DNA from: Botryllus schlosseri
Lineage: Eukaryota
Assembly (NCBI GenBank): GCA_051294905.1
Contig: CM119371.1
Coordinates: forward strand, 7,690,001-7,754,000
Reading direction: 5' to 3'
Length of the DNA stretch: 64,000 nucleotides
The notes under the pieces were generated by a model that worked only from the letters and a program-made list of their open reading frames with translations, had not been told where the DNA came from and ran no database searches. Both the position numbers and the translations under genes were made by a program. Below, in pieces: positions 1 to 22,567 of the stretch. Every line of letters starts with the position of its first letter. Positions within the stretch are counted from its first letter, which is position 1.

Positions 1-1769
1 CGAATGATTTAAGTTTTAGGGGGTATAAAGTAAATTTGGATCGACATTTGCATTTTTCTATATCACCTTTCAGACTAACAAACCCGCCATAATTTTTGAT
101 GTGAAGTATAGGGCTTGTATCTGGGTATATAATGGCACATATTTTTTGAATCAATATCATCCTCGAGTGGACTATTTTCAAGTCAATTACAATATTTATG
201 GGGGGTGGGACCTATGGTACCATAGCCAAATCAAGCAAAATAGATGGACCAACTAATCACTTAACAACAGAAACTCGCCTACATATATATAGGCTGTATA
301 TCATAGTTACCTGTGGTGTTTTATCGCTATTACTAGGTATTTGAAAGTCAAAATGCCGATTTGCGGGTAATATGTATGTGGAATTAATTTTGTAAGTTTA
401 GGCGTAAATCAAAACATGATTTTATGCCAACCTTTGAGTTGATATAATCTATTTTATTCTTGAAGGTCGCGACGAAACATTCTTCATTGGCTTGCTGTAG
501 CTTAGCTTATAGTACACAACAAAACAAGTTACCAAATTTGAGTTTTTGAGCGTATGTCTCATAGGTCCCATGGTCGTGTGCCTTTGGACCCACCGGGTAG
601 GGACCGATAACACGTTCGAGCAACAAATTTTAAACGTTTGTAAAATTTTTTTGAAAAGGCCGATATTCATGTAAATGTCCGCGATAGGTAGAACTTGTAT
701 CGAAGTGTTGAGACAGCAAAGGATCTGCTATATTCTCGGCTGAAGATTTGAGGGCCAGAGATCATATTGCAATTTTTGATCCATCGGTACCACATCTCCC
801 CTCCTTCTACTCATACTTGAGTCGATTTTTTCGCTGCTACTTCTACTTCTACTTGAGTAGCTTTCCTGACTACTTTGATCACCTCTAATTGTATTCCATG
901 AAGTGTTTCCCACAGCGCATCATAAAAATGAGGCTTTTGCAAAGATAAGTTCATCATTTTAATCAACTCAACAGTCAAAATATCCGTTTTACATGTCCTG
1001 ATCTGATAAAAATTGACGTGTCATCCAAGTGACTCGTGTCGTAAGAAAATGTCAACCCGAATACTTATTAGTAAATGATATACATCGATATTAGCATTTG
1101 TTAGCTGACATTACGTATTGTGGCCGCCAGACTAAACAGCCCAAGTAGTTCGTGCTTGGAGAAGTAAGCCGCTACCAACATGCTCCAAGTAATTAACAAA
1201 AATGGCCAAAGTGTGAAATCAATCGCTAATTCCGATGATTCAGTTGTCACCAGGCTTGAAATTTCACGCAATGTTCGTGAAAAAGGTTGGAGAACTCTGA
1301 CATACGCAAAGAGCTCAATAGAAAAGAGTCGCGCCGAAATAATAATAATAATAATAATATACAAGATAAAGTTCATGCGACATCAACGTGTCCGGACCAA
1401 TAACTTTTTTGTAATGATTCAAGTTACATAGGATTACGTTTCGTACAACTAACTGTCGGCAGCTTCTCTACTTTATGCATGCCCGTAAACCATACCATAC
1501 TAATTTACTAACATTCGAAATGCATTCATTTCAATGTGTGACCTTGGATCGCGAGATGCCAACAAGACTCAGATTTGGGTCGCAGTTTAAAAAGTTCGAG
1601 AAACACTGGTATTGCAGATGCCCGTGTGGCGTGTAGTTTTGCGCAATTCGCGTTCAACATAATTACACCAAACCATGTTTGACTAACTCGCTTTATTTAA
1701 AAAGTTGCCGATTTCAAACTTTAAACTTTGAAAGAAATTGGTAACACTCCGATCATTGGTATTCCACAG

Positions 1770-1870
1770 ATCCACTCAGATCGAATAAAAATCCAGTTCA
1801 AAGCTGTAAAGAATTGAGAAGACATGATCCTAAACTTAGAAATGGAGAGTACTACATCGTCGACAAGGAG
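1770..1870 (+). pseudogene. Orphan intelectin exon 2 of a third, oppositely oriented paralog
   Basis: cag|ATCCACTC...AAGGAG|gtaagt; PLRSNKNPVQSCKELRRHDPKLRNGEYYIVDKE; the next ~200 bp resemble intron 2 of gene B; no + strand exons 3-5 found in the window. Confidence 0.75.
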
Positions 1871-3419
1871 GTAAGTATTGGTTTGATAACTGCACAATGG
1901 CTGTCAAATAGCAATGTTGGTGCGCAATCGTCATTTGCATCTTGATTCCTACCGATATGTTTGTGTGGCGAGAGACCAATCCCGACTTACGTCTTCAAAA
2001 CGCCCTAAGGATGGTATAGATTCCACATACCAAAAGATGCGGCCATATTTCCATTTAGATTATATAAATCTTTCTCTGACCCCGCACAGACAAGGACTAA
2101 ATTCGTCATGCAAAAATATACATTTGCATCCTTTCGAAATGCTTTCGATTCCACTGATGACTGTCCTGAGGCGCAGGACCCGCTTCGGAAATTGCGTTGA
2201 GATCATACCTGATGCATTCATAGGGTTTGGGTACAACAAAATATACCCAGTCCACCTGTCCATCAAGTCGATATTATCCCGCAGGTTACCGGCTATGGAC
2301 ATGGACAGTTTAACGTGGGTCTTTGTCCTTCAGTTAGCTCATTACGACTATGTACACCGGAATGCCGCCGCAGGCTACATAATAATCGAAATGCGGCCGT
2401 GAATAGCCAAAAAGGTTGACCACCTCTGTTTTAACTTTTGAGGGGTGTTGTCAGGTATCGTGCACTGCTCATAGTTCAAAATAGAATGAAATTGATGATC
2501 ATGATATTTTTTGTAATTGCATTTCTTCAATAAAATGTTATTGCTTTGGTGGTAACTATGTCCGTCGTCCATGTTAGAGAGCACAGCGTTGTACTGACGT
2601 GCTTGTTAAACGTGATTGTTAAACTGCGTTACCTATTTTTGACTCGACATTGAAGTCATGAGGCCCGCGGCGTCTACGAATTTTGAAAAGTGGCCCACGA
2701 TCCATTTTGAGTATGTGACACCTGCCCAAAATCATGAAGACCTGTATGTAGCCTATCGCCCATTATTGGCGCTCGTAAATTATATTGATTTGCATAGCCG
2801 TATACTGCAGCTGTAGACGGATCCAGGCAACTGTGAGCATAAGGTAATTACACACAAACTATACCTAATAAACAAATTTATGCATGCTCTCTGTTCTGAT
2901 ATTATGTTTTATCTGCATTGTCGCTGCTGAAAGGATTCACAGTATTAAAAGCATAAATGGAAAGGGAATCCTATAAATAAGGAATTAGTGTTGATCACGT
3001 TGTCATTTATGGTGAGGCTGCGATGTTAAGAATGCAAAGTAGAATATTTAATGATGTGAATGTCGCGAGTCATTAGTCATTACACGGTTCGAGTCAAGTC
3101 ATTTAAGTCACCAGAAAGCTGGCATACGTCCACCTCAAATGCCTTTCCTTCATAGTTGAAGTAGCTTTATAACGTCTTGCAAAGCCTTTCTCTTATCCCT
3201 ACATTGTAATTTTATTGAGCATGACCGTCATTCGAGTAGATGCAGTGACCAATGCTATGATATTATTTTCTATTAATGAACTGTAACTGTAAGCACACAG
3301 CAGTCAATTGGCACTTGACGCTTTAATCAATTAAAAATCAGTTATCTGCAAAGATAGGTTTTGATCACACGAATTATACCCAGCACTCAAGAAAGACGTA
3401 TCGACATGCAGGGGTGGAT

Positions 3420-12575
<9,156 letters not shown>

Positions 12576-12579
12576 GATT

Positions 12580-12960
12580 AGCGAAGTAATTTCCATTTAT
12601 CCTATTTATCTGCAATATATGTATGATATGTTTTAGGGACATACCGAATAGGCATATATCTTGTGTAATCATGGATTACATCATGTAGGCCTTATTCCAC
12701 ATCAATATCTATCAACAGTAACGTCTGGCATACATACTCACGCTGATCGACTGAGCGACCGGCGAACTATGTATCTATGTACCAGCATCACATATTTATG
12801 GTGAATATTGGTCATACGTTTAATTAAAAGTGGGCACTCACGCGAATGTTTGGTAAACAAGCTTCGTTTACAAACTTAGTGAGGACTAAAATTAAGATAC
12901 AACAAAAAATGATTGGTCATGGTCATGCTTTTCACTGGACTAGAGACTGGTCCCGGCTAT
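12580..12960 (-). promoter_or_regulatory. Conserved upstream/promoter region of gene A (homologous to 41425-41800 of gene B)
   Basis: Non-coding conservation between paralogs, including an imperfect palindrome TTTGGTAAACAAGCTTCGTTTACAAA (~12849-12875) with forkhead-like GTAAAC half sites. Confidence 0.5.
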
Positions 12961-13080
12961 ATTTCATACCTATGGAGAAGGCTCCTCTTACCTATTGAGT
13001 ATAAAAGCGAAAGCGGTTCGCTTATTAGGCAACTTCAGATTAGAGAGTGACGCTCATTTCTTGTTAGACATGCTATAGAC

Positions 13081-13404
13081 CAGTGGTTCCCAACGTGGGC
13101 GATTTGGCGGTCTAGGGGGCGGAAATAACGAAGGGGCGATAGGGGGCGAAAACGGACGAAGCGGGCGCTAGGGGGCGAAAATAACGAAGGGGGCCATAGG
13201 GGGGCGATGGCGCGTTAAAATGACTATATTGGAGTGAAGTCGGAGAAATGACCTTTTTTAGTCAACTCACGAAAATTTAGCTGTGAAAGTTTAATTCCGA
13301 GGTCGAGCCGAAAAGATGACCGTTTTGTTTAGTCAACTTGCCGGTGATTACAATTTGTTCGGTTCCCAAAGGGGCGATGAGTCGAAAAAGGTTGGGAACC
13401 ACTG
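13081..13404. mobile_element. hAT-type MITE
   Basis: TIR CAGTGGTTCCCAAC / GTTGGGAACCACTG; TSD CTATAGAC. Confidence 0.9.
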
Positions 13405-13494
13405 CTATAGACGCACAGAGACGCAACATTTTACACGGGAGCTATTATTAAATAAACTTCCGATACTACTATAAATAGCTTCTAGGACCTATAT

Positions 13495-13925
13495 TGAGGA
13501 GTAGATTTCCGAAGGCACTCTCGTCAGGGGGTAATCGTCACTAACTAGTAGACAATTAAAAAGCACAATGTATATCAACAATCGTATCACAAAATATGAC
13601 ATCGCAAGCGAGAAAGTTCGCATAAGGAAGCTTTCAATGTACTAATTATATATGATACAAGAATTCCTTTAGTTAACACAGCCTTCGCAGGTGTATTTTG
13701 ACGAAAGTCGACTCCAAGGCACACAAATGCAAGCATGAACGGCCCCTTCCGACTACGCGAAATTTGTCGTCGCGATAATGTTTCGCACAAACGGGTTTAT
13801 CCAACAAATGCTTCCACATGGCAGATTTTATGGCCTTTGATTGCTCCGGAACAACCTTGAGGGTCGATTCAAGGGTGAGCTTTTCGCCGAGCGCGATGCA
13901 CGTGTTCTAATAAATATGAAGATAC
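13495..13925 (-). mobile_element. Degenerate Penelope-like 3' fragment (GIY-YIG tail and 3' UTR) upstream of gene A
   Basis: Colinear similarity to 20240-20640 (RTRASR..KSSPL, HLLD.P.CA, LCALESTF region), with frameshifts. Confidence 0.8.
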
Positions 13926-16396
13926 ACTCACGTAGAAGTGACGCCGTAAAACTCTTCTTAATTACAAGTAGATACAGAAAATGAAGGCTTGAGAAGTAAA
14001 GTAGTTGAGTATATAATTTCAAAATGTATATTTGATCTAATGGTTCTAATCGTTTAGCGGTAAATCGCGGGTACCTACTTTTAAGGTTGCAGTGTTTGCG
14101 ATTGCGCATGCTATATTGCTGTCCTTAATTTGACAACGAATTTAGAGGAATAAGTTCGCAACTAAACTGTCATTTCTTTGTATTTTGTTTTTCTAATCAT
14201 TGTTCTAGTCAGACTGTGTATAAAGCGTAAATCGCTACACACAAAATATAATTATCTATCTATCTATTCATTTCATCGAGCAAACGGACGAGCAAGAACA
14301 ATTGCGAATCTCGCTCGCTTACGCATCTTCGTTTTTCAACCAAAGATTTGTTCAATTTGGAGTGTCTGGTTGTGTTAGATTGCATACAAGACTGATACGC
14401 AAAGTTTACCCAGTCCAAAAGCGGATTTTAACTGAGCATGGAGAACTCGACGCCTGGGAAATCGGCACCGATATACATTAAAGTGTCGCGTCGAAACATG
14501 CAGGGTGCATCTCGCGACTAATGACTAATGGAGCTGCGCATACGTGTGTTATTCAAAATATATTTAGCTACAGTGATAGGCTACTCCATACTGTTTGTAT
14601 GACAATCATACTCATACAGGTGGTGCAAACATAACATTTAATTACTTATCATAGCATATAAAAATCCAATGTGAAAAGTACGTAGTTTAACCCAAAAACT
14701 ATCGTGTGGAATCGGAAGTAGTCTAAAGCAGTACAAGTTGGTAAATCCTACTTTGGTACGCCGGGAATGTAGAACTACGTCGTTGCAGACCAGTAACCAG
14801 CTCTGCTTGCAGGACATCTGTCAAGAAGGCATCAATAGCTCCACTAAGTATGGATGGCTTACGGGCGCTCGTAGCGGATACGGTAATACTAATGATTACA
14901 GCTTGAAAAGACGGCAATGACTATAAATTTAGAGTCTCGTCGAGGAAGTGTCCCACAATCAATTTCTGAAACTTCAAAAAATATATGTGGAAACGTTAAT
15001 CGGTCCATGACATCATGTAGCCTACATCACCGCTTTCAGCTCAAACCACTTGTCGATCCTGATTCAATGGAACTGCCGTGGCTTATAGAGTAAATTAGGC
15101 GGAATGAACTATTACACTTGGCAACAATTTTGTGCAAAAAAATTGTTGAATTTGATTTTGAACTTGATTTGGGCTAATTTTGACGTGCTGATTCCAAAAC
15201 TGCCGCTGGTTTTCTTCCATCACGTCATGTTTTTGCTCTACGACATATCCCGAAAATATGCAAATTTCACGAAGCTCAACATATTATTTTTCCATACCAC
15301 ATCAAAATCCACACTTTTACCGTATGATGAGTGATATAGCCAAGGGCTCGATTGAATTATTAGGAAAAAAAGGTACCGGTATCGATTTTTGATTAGAGGA
15401 TGCAATCATCCGAGGATAATTCGGACACATATTTGATTCAAACCGCAGGATATGGCAAGAAAAATAAGCATTACATTTAGCTATAGGTCCAACTCCCCAT
15501 TCAGCTTATCCAGTGTAATTAATTTGAAACTCCTATACGCTCGATAATTTGGATCAAGATGAATATTTTGAAATCTAATATGATTCAGAACGTAGAGTAG
15601 TCCATCAACACGATATACTGATTTGATATAAGCTTTGGGACTTGGAATAGAAATCATTGGAACTTTTATCATCTTTACCAAGTGAGAAATGATTACTTGG
15701 CGAGGTAAGGAAGCTATCTCACTTCGGATCGGGAGAAACATCCCCTTTTTCGTATGTCTACTTTCGGTAGCTCTGTGTATTGCTGTGATACTGGCATTGG
15801 CAAGATACTGTTACCATGGATTACTGGAGGAATCCCGATTTACATCTCAAGTGAATGCCAAATGCCTCTAAGTAGCTGATAAAGGGTCCTAAAGTTTGGC
15901 ATTCTATAAAATGGCAACGTCTTAGGTGCATTAACAATTGCACTCGCAGTTAGTCTTCGTGAATAATACAGAAATATTGAAAATAATACAGAGACATTGA
16001 ATTGTTGCAATATCACTAGCACGATTGGATCATACGTCTCAGCTTCGAAATATTGTGTTTTCTCAGTCGTCAAACAACAAGGATCCACTTGTAGCCCTGA
16101 TACACATGTGACCCTGCCATATGTTTATGTCGGACAGCAGACATTCAAAAAAGCTAAAATATCTAAATAATTTCCCCAAAAACCATGACATAGTCGGAGA
16201 TGGGCAAGGAGAAAATAACCTCAACATCTGAAGATGATGGGGGTAAGATACCAGAGTAGATTGGACCTTACATATGTTAGCTGACTATTGCTCGAGCATT
16301 AAACTAGGCAACCGACAAAATTATGGGTTATTAGCGTAAATTTGGACCTTGAAACTCGCACTTTATTTTTCCTGTAGAAGCAATATCCGTTTAAAC

Positions 16397-19006
16397 CAGG
16401 GGTTCTCAACCTAGGGTGCGCGGAAGGCTCTCAGAGGGGGGGGGGGCGAGACATTTTTGTCAATTTTGTCAATGTATGTATACATTGTGACTAAACATGT
16501 ATTTCACAACCATTCTGAAGAGACGATTATTGAAGATTAAACTTAATTCGTATTTTAGAAAGCTTGCCAAACTCAAGCTCCAGCAGTCGCGCTCGACGGA
16601 GTATGGGCTGACTTCAACTTCATTTGATCAAATTTTTGATATTCTTTGAAGATTTAGAGAAATTCCTACGTGCAAGTCATTCGTTACTTTATAGCAGCGG
16701 TTCTCAACCTTTTTTGACACGCGCCCCGCTTGGCGATGGTCAAAAGAATCGCGCCCCCTGACCCCTCTTACATTTATCGTCATGTCAAAAAGAGCACATC
16801 ATCTAATACAGAGGTGGGCAACCTTCCTGCTAATCATGGCCGCATTTCGATTACTTGTGTATCCTAAGGCCGCATCCCCGGGCATAGCCGCAATGAACGA
16901 CCTGGACGCAAAATGCTTATGGTAAACTGACCATATCCATTCCCGGTGAACTCCGGACTATTCTACTTTTCACAACGGCATATTGTACGCAACGAAATCA
17001 CGAGTGGCAATGTTATGAATAGTTGCTGGGAGTGCGTATTGTCGCGCACAGCGCGAAAATTTTTCAGAGCCGCGAATGAATTGTTATTTCTTGAGGATTC
17101 CCATTCCTGCTCCAATTAAGAAGGGCGCTACTGCATTAAAATAGAAAAATGAAGTCTTGTTGAATTGCACGGAGTGCGAAGAAAATCTCAAGATTGAATA
17201 AAATATCTCGAAAATTCGGGAGTGAATTCGTAATTGCAATTTGCATGTATACGGCTGCCAACACATACTAATTGAATTAGGCGTCGACGGCCGCACAAAT
17301 TCCCTTCTACGGCCGCATGCGGCCGTGCGGGCTGCCCACCCCTGTTATAATAGTATACATACGGTATATCTTACACCAATTATGAATCCGCATTCCAGTT
17401 TAGTCTTTTACATTGCTGACAAACTTCCCCAAACGTGTTTGAAAAATAACAAAAAACATTGAAAAGGCTGCACTGAGACTAATCTTGATGCTGGTAGTGA
17501 CTACAGAGAGCACGTCGTCGTTCTGTCCTGCCATGCTAAATTTTATCAGTTTTGAAAATTAATTGAATTGTGTTGATTTATAGCCAAATTGAGGGCGAAA
17601 CCGGGCAACCTACATCGTATCTAAGTCTGTCTTAGGCAGTGCAGTTCGCCATCTATCAACAACAGCTACCTATCGCACAGAGATTTAGGCTACTCCCAAA
17701 GCTATAAGTAATGAATGACTTGCACGTAGGAATTTCTGTAAATCTTCAAAGAATATCAAAAATTTGCTCATATGAAGTTGAAGTCAGCCTATACTCCGTT
17801 GAGCGCGACTGCTGGAGTTTGAGTTTGTCAAGCTTTCTAGAATACGAATTAAGTGTAATCCTCAATAATCGTATCTTCAGAATGGTTGTGAAACACATGT
17901 TTAGTCACAATTCATACAGACATTGACAAGATTGACAAAAATTCCTCGCGCCTCCCACCCATAGAGCCTCCCGCGTCGCACAAGGGGGGCGCGCCCCCCA
18001 GGTTGCTTTATAGCTTTGGCAGTAGCCTAAATCTCTGTACGGTAGGTAGCTGTTGTTGATAGCTGGCGAACTGCACTGCCTAAGACAGACTTCGATGCAA
18101 TATAGGTTGGCCGGTTTCGCCCTCAATTTGCTATAAATCAACACAATTTAAATCATTTCCAAAACTGAACAAATTTAGCATGGCAGGACAGAACGACGCC
18201 GTGCTCTCTGTAGTCACTACCAGCATCAGGATTAGTCTCAGTGCAACCTACCTTGAAATTATTGATGTCCTTTTCAATGTTTTTTTTTGTTATTTTTCAT
18301 TTTCATTTGTATATTTCATTTGGGGAAGTTTGTCAGCAATGTAAAAGACTAAACAACTGGAATGCGGATGCAAAATTGGCGTAAGATATACTTTATGTAT
18401 ACTATCAGATCAGGGGTGGGCAGCCCGTACCGCCGCATGCGGCCGTAGAAGGGAATTTATGCGGCCGTCGACGCCTAATTCAATTAATATGTGTTGGCAG
18501 CCGTATCCCGAATTTTCGAGAGATTTTATTTAATCTTGAAATTTTCTTCGCGCTCCGCGCAATTCAACAAGACTTCATTTTCCGATTTTAATTGGAGCAG
18601 GAATGGGAATCCTCAAGAATTAACAATTCATTCGCGGCTCTGAAAAATTTTCTCGCTCTGCGCGACAATATGCACTCACATCAACTATTCATAACATTGC
18701 CACTCGCGATTTCGGTGCGTACAATAGGCCGTTGTGAAAAGTATAATAGTCCGGAGTTTACCGGAAATAGATATGGACAGTTTGGGTATATTGCGTCTAG
18801 ATCGTTCATTGCGTCTATGCCCTGAAATGCGGCCTTAGGCTACATAAGTAATCGAAATGCTGCCATGATTAGCAAGAAGGCTGCCCACCTCTGTATTAGA
18901 TGATGTGATCTTCTCGACATGACGATAAATGTAAGGGGGGTCAGGGGGCGCGATTTTTTGACCATCGCCAAGGGGGGCGCGTGTCAAAAAAGGTTGAGAA
19001 CCGCTG
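16397..19006. mobile_element. hAT-type MITE containing an antiparallel copy of its own family (16695-18005)
   Basis: Outer TSD GTTTAAAC; inner TSD CTTTATAG; both copies carry the same older nested MITE (16809-17344 and 18411-18893). Confidence 0.88.
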
Positions 19007-20006
19007 GTTTAAACCAACCAAATAAAGCAATGCAAATGCTCTTTTGAAGTATATTGATTTACTTTCGACTGCATGTGGTTTTTGAAACGTTTTATACAAT
19101 AAGCTTAAAATATTGAAAGTAGTGCTATTATGTGGGTTATGGGACAATGTGGTGTGTGCCTAACCCAAAAACTCGACGTGATGGAGAAACACGGAAGTCA
19201 TTTTTGAATTCAGCGGTCAAAAGTTAGTCAATATCAATTGTCTGATCAAAGTCAACAAAAATTGTGTTGACCAGTGTTATCTAACAGCACTTGAAATGAA
19301 GCTTGATGTTAAAATTCAGCAGGAGACGCTACTTGTGTAAAGAAGGATTGTAATAACTCGTGTAATTATTGCAAATGCGTGAAATGACTCACTCGAGTCA
19401 ATTTTTGTATTGACTCGACTAGTTCTCGAGTCATTTTGTATGACTCGAACCAAGTCATATGACTCGTGACTAGGACGGCCAAGACGGACATTTTATTGTA
19501 ACTCCGAATAATTGTAAAGTCACCACACTATTGATATTTCGTCTATCAGTTCTGATACTTGGAAAATAGGACCATAAATTTTTATGTCTGAGAACAATTA
19601 TTGTAGTGTGAATGCGAGCCAATATATCACTATATATATATCACTCGAGCATATTTGAAGACAATGGGTATGACCTGGAAACTGGACGAATACAAAGTCG
19701 CTTTCATGCTCCAGAAATTTAGAAACCTGTTCTTATACTGAGCCTTCTTTCGAGCCAAAATACGAATCTGGATCATACCTGTTTCGCCAAAACTGTATAC
19801 GCTGTCTAAAAACATATCCCCAGTCTGGCGTGACTTCTCCCACTAGTAAAACCAAACCGTGAGAAATATGTGCGTTCCGTGATGCAATGCATCGTAACTG
19901 AATTAGTTTACAAGCGATACCGAATATACATTTACAATACACGAAGAGCTTCTTGGAGGTACAGAACTTCAATATACAATTGAATAGTATATTCATATTG
20001 AAATGA

Positions 20007-20040
20007 ACCCGAATATTTTCGGCTGACACTCGTCAGGGGT
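20007..20040 (-). ncRNA. Minimal hammerhead motif in the outer inverted pLTR
   Basis: Exact reverse complement of 22399-22432. Confidence 0.68.
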
Positions 20041-20188
20041 CATCGTCAGCAACTAGTAGAGAATTCGAAAGGACAGCGTATATCAACAATCGTATCACAA
20101 AATATGACGTCACCAGCATGAACGTTCTCTCTTTCATGTTGGTGACGTCATATTTTGTGAAACGATTGTTGATATACAATGTCCCTTC

Positions 20189-21260
20189 CAATTAAATAGT
20201 ATATTCATATTGAAATGAACCCGAATATTTTCGGCTGACACTCGTCAGGGGTAATCGTCAGCAACTAGTAGAGAATTGGAAAGAACATTGTATATCAACA
20301 ATCGTATCACAAAATATGACGTCACCAGCATGAAATTTCGAATGAGAGAGCGTTCAATGTACTATTTTTAGGTGATACACGAACTCCTTTTGTTGACAGA
20401 GTTTTGGTTGGTGTATTTTGATAAAAGTTGATTCCAAGGCACACAAATGGAACTGTGAACGGCCTCGACCTACGATTCGAAATCGGTCGTCTCGATAATT
20501 ATTCGCACAAATCGGATTATCCAACAGATGTTTGCCGATGGCAGAATTAATGGCTTTTGATCGATCAGCATCAATCTTGAGTGGATGAGTTAAGGGTGAG
20601 CTTTTCACATCGCGTGACGCACGTGTTCTGATAAATCTGGGGACATGTTGGTTTATGCGGTCCTGCAGACGTCTTGACGTTCTTCCCACGTAGCCACAAT
20701 CACAGTGGCACCTATATTCGTACACTACATTACTTTGTTGAAGTGCAGGAAGCACGTCTTTGCGTGTTGAAGGGAGCAGTTGTGTTGTTGTAAAAATCAC
20801 ATTGGTTTTGACTGTATCGTAACATTTACCGACAGCAGAAATCAATTGTTTTTCAAAGCGGGTGGAAATGGGGCCAATCCAAGGTAGATGGATATAAACA
20901 TCTTTTATTGTTCGTGCGGTGGGCTCTGTTCGTTTTTCTGCGTTGAATTGCGTTAATTTCCTCTCCATGCCGCGGCTGATGACGTGTTCAGGGTAACCGT
21001 TATCAAGTAAGATTTTTCGGATGTAGTCAAGTTCTAAACTCAGTTTGTTACCCGAACATATCATCAGCGCTCTATGCACGAGTGTGCCTATGAGGTTAAT
21101 TTTTCTGCGCCGAGGACTAAATGAATTCCAGCGAAGGTATTGGCCTGTGAATGTCGGTTTTCTGAAAACAGACGTTTCAAATTTGTTGGTATTGCGCTTT
21201 TCAACTAATACGTCCAGAAATGATAATGAGTTATTGCGTTCTTTTTCTATTGTGAATTGC
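20189..21260 (-). repeat. Left arm of the inverted repeat (reverse complement of 21391-22462), encoding the same RT thumb/GIY-YIG portion
   Basis: Both arms are 1072 bp; ORF 20354-21079 translates the same as the corresponding + strand ORF; 130-bp spacer 21261-21390. Confidence 0.95.
20219..20252 (-). ncRNA. Minimal hammerhead motif on the inverted arm
   Basis: Exact reverse complement of 22399-22432. Confidence 0.68.
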
Positions 21261-22297
21261 TTCTGTCCCAGCGTGAGTCCGCCAAACCACTATTGTACCG
21301 CCGATACGTAGATGATACATTTGTCATTTTCAGGAATGAATCGGAGTGTGACCAATTTCTCATTCGCTTAAACTCGCTTCACCCGGCCTTGCAATTCACA
21401 ATAGAAAAAGAACGCAATAACTCATTATCATTTCTGGACGTATTAGTTGAAAAGCGCAATACCAACAAATTTGAAACGTCTGTTTTCAGAAAACCGACAT
21501 TCACAGGCCAATACCTTCGCTGGAATTCATTTAGTCCTCGGCGCAGAAAAATTAACCTCATAGGCACACTCGTGCATAGAGCGCTGATGATATGTTCGGG
21601 TAACAAACTGAGTTTAGAACTTGACTACATCCGAAAAATCTTACTTGATAACGGTTACCCTGAACACGTCATCAGCCGCGGCATGGAGAGGAAATTAACG
21701 CAATTCAACGCAGAAAAACGAACAGAGCCCACCGCACGAACAATAAAAGATGTTTATATCCATCTACCTTGGATTGGCCCCATTTCCACCCGCTTTGAAA
21801 AACAATTGATTTCTGCTGTCGGTAAATGTTACGATACAGTCAAAACCAATGTGATTTTTACAACAACACAACTGCTCCCTTCAACACGCAAAGACGTGCT
21901 TCCTGCACTTCAACAAAGTAATGTAGTGTACGAATATAGGTGCCACTGTGATTGTGGCTACGTGGGAAGAACGTCAAGACGTCTGCAGGACCGCATAAAC
22001 CAACATGTCCCCAGATTTATCAGAACACGTGCGTCACGCGATGTGAAAAGCTCACCCTTAACTCATCCACTCAAGATTGATGCTGATCGATCAAAAGCCA
22101 TTAATTCTGCCATCGGCAAACATCTGTTGGATAATCCGATTTGTGCGAATAATTATCGAGACGACCGATTTCGAATCGTAGGTCGAGGCCGTTCACAGTT
22201 CCATTTGTGTGCCTTGGAATCAACTTTTATCAAAATACACCAACCAAAACTCTGTCAACAAAAGGAGTTCGTGTATCACCTAAAAATAGTACATTGA
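21261..22297 (+). CDS. Penelope-like RT C-terminus and GIY-YIG endonuclease (5'-truncated)
   Basis: RRYVDDTF catalytic motif, LQFTIEKE...LSFLDV...FRKPT RT/thumb motifs, then VVYEYRCHCDCGYVGRT..L..R...H GIY-YIG with Cys/His residues typical of PLEs; no stops. Confidence 0.93.
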
Positions 22298-22398
22298 ACG
22301 CTCTCTCATTCGAAATTTCATGCTGGTGACGTCATATTTTGTGATACGATTGTTGATATACAATGTTCTTTCCAATTCTCTACTAGTTGCTGACGATT

Positions 22399-22432
22399 AC
22401 CCCTGACGAGTGTCAGCCGAAAATATTCGGGT
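22399..22432 (+). ncRNA. Minimal type I hammerhead ribozyme motif (PLE-associated)
   Basis: ACCC-CUGACGA-G(UGUCAGC)C-GAA-AAUAUU-C^GGGU: conserved core, 1-bp stem II, palindromic stem III, UUC cleavage triplet, 4-bp stem I. Confidence 0.7.
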
Positions 22433-22533
22433 TCATTTCAATATGAATATACTATTTAATTGTATATTGAAGTTCTGTACCTCCAAGAAGCTCTTCAATG
22501 TTCCTTCCAATTCTCTACTAGTTGCTGACGATT

Positions 22534-22567
22534 ACCCCTGACGAGTGTCAACCGAAAATATTCGGGT
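22534..22567 (+). ncRNA. Second tandem minimal hammerhead motif
   Basis: Same motif 135 bp downstream with one loop change. Confidence 0.68.

Noticed and set aside
1914..2402. 162-aa + strand ORF as continuation of the third intelectin
   Set aside because: Non-ATG start within intron-homologous sequence and no intelectin or other recognisable motif.
21045..21606. ORFs 21045-21311 (+) and 21379-21606 (-)
   Set aside because: Antisense shadows of the PLE reading frame produced by the inverted repeat.
22320..22360. Additional hammerhead CUGGUGA...GA(U/A)A upstream of the main motif
   Set aside because: Core deviates and I could not build convincing stems I and III.
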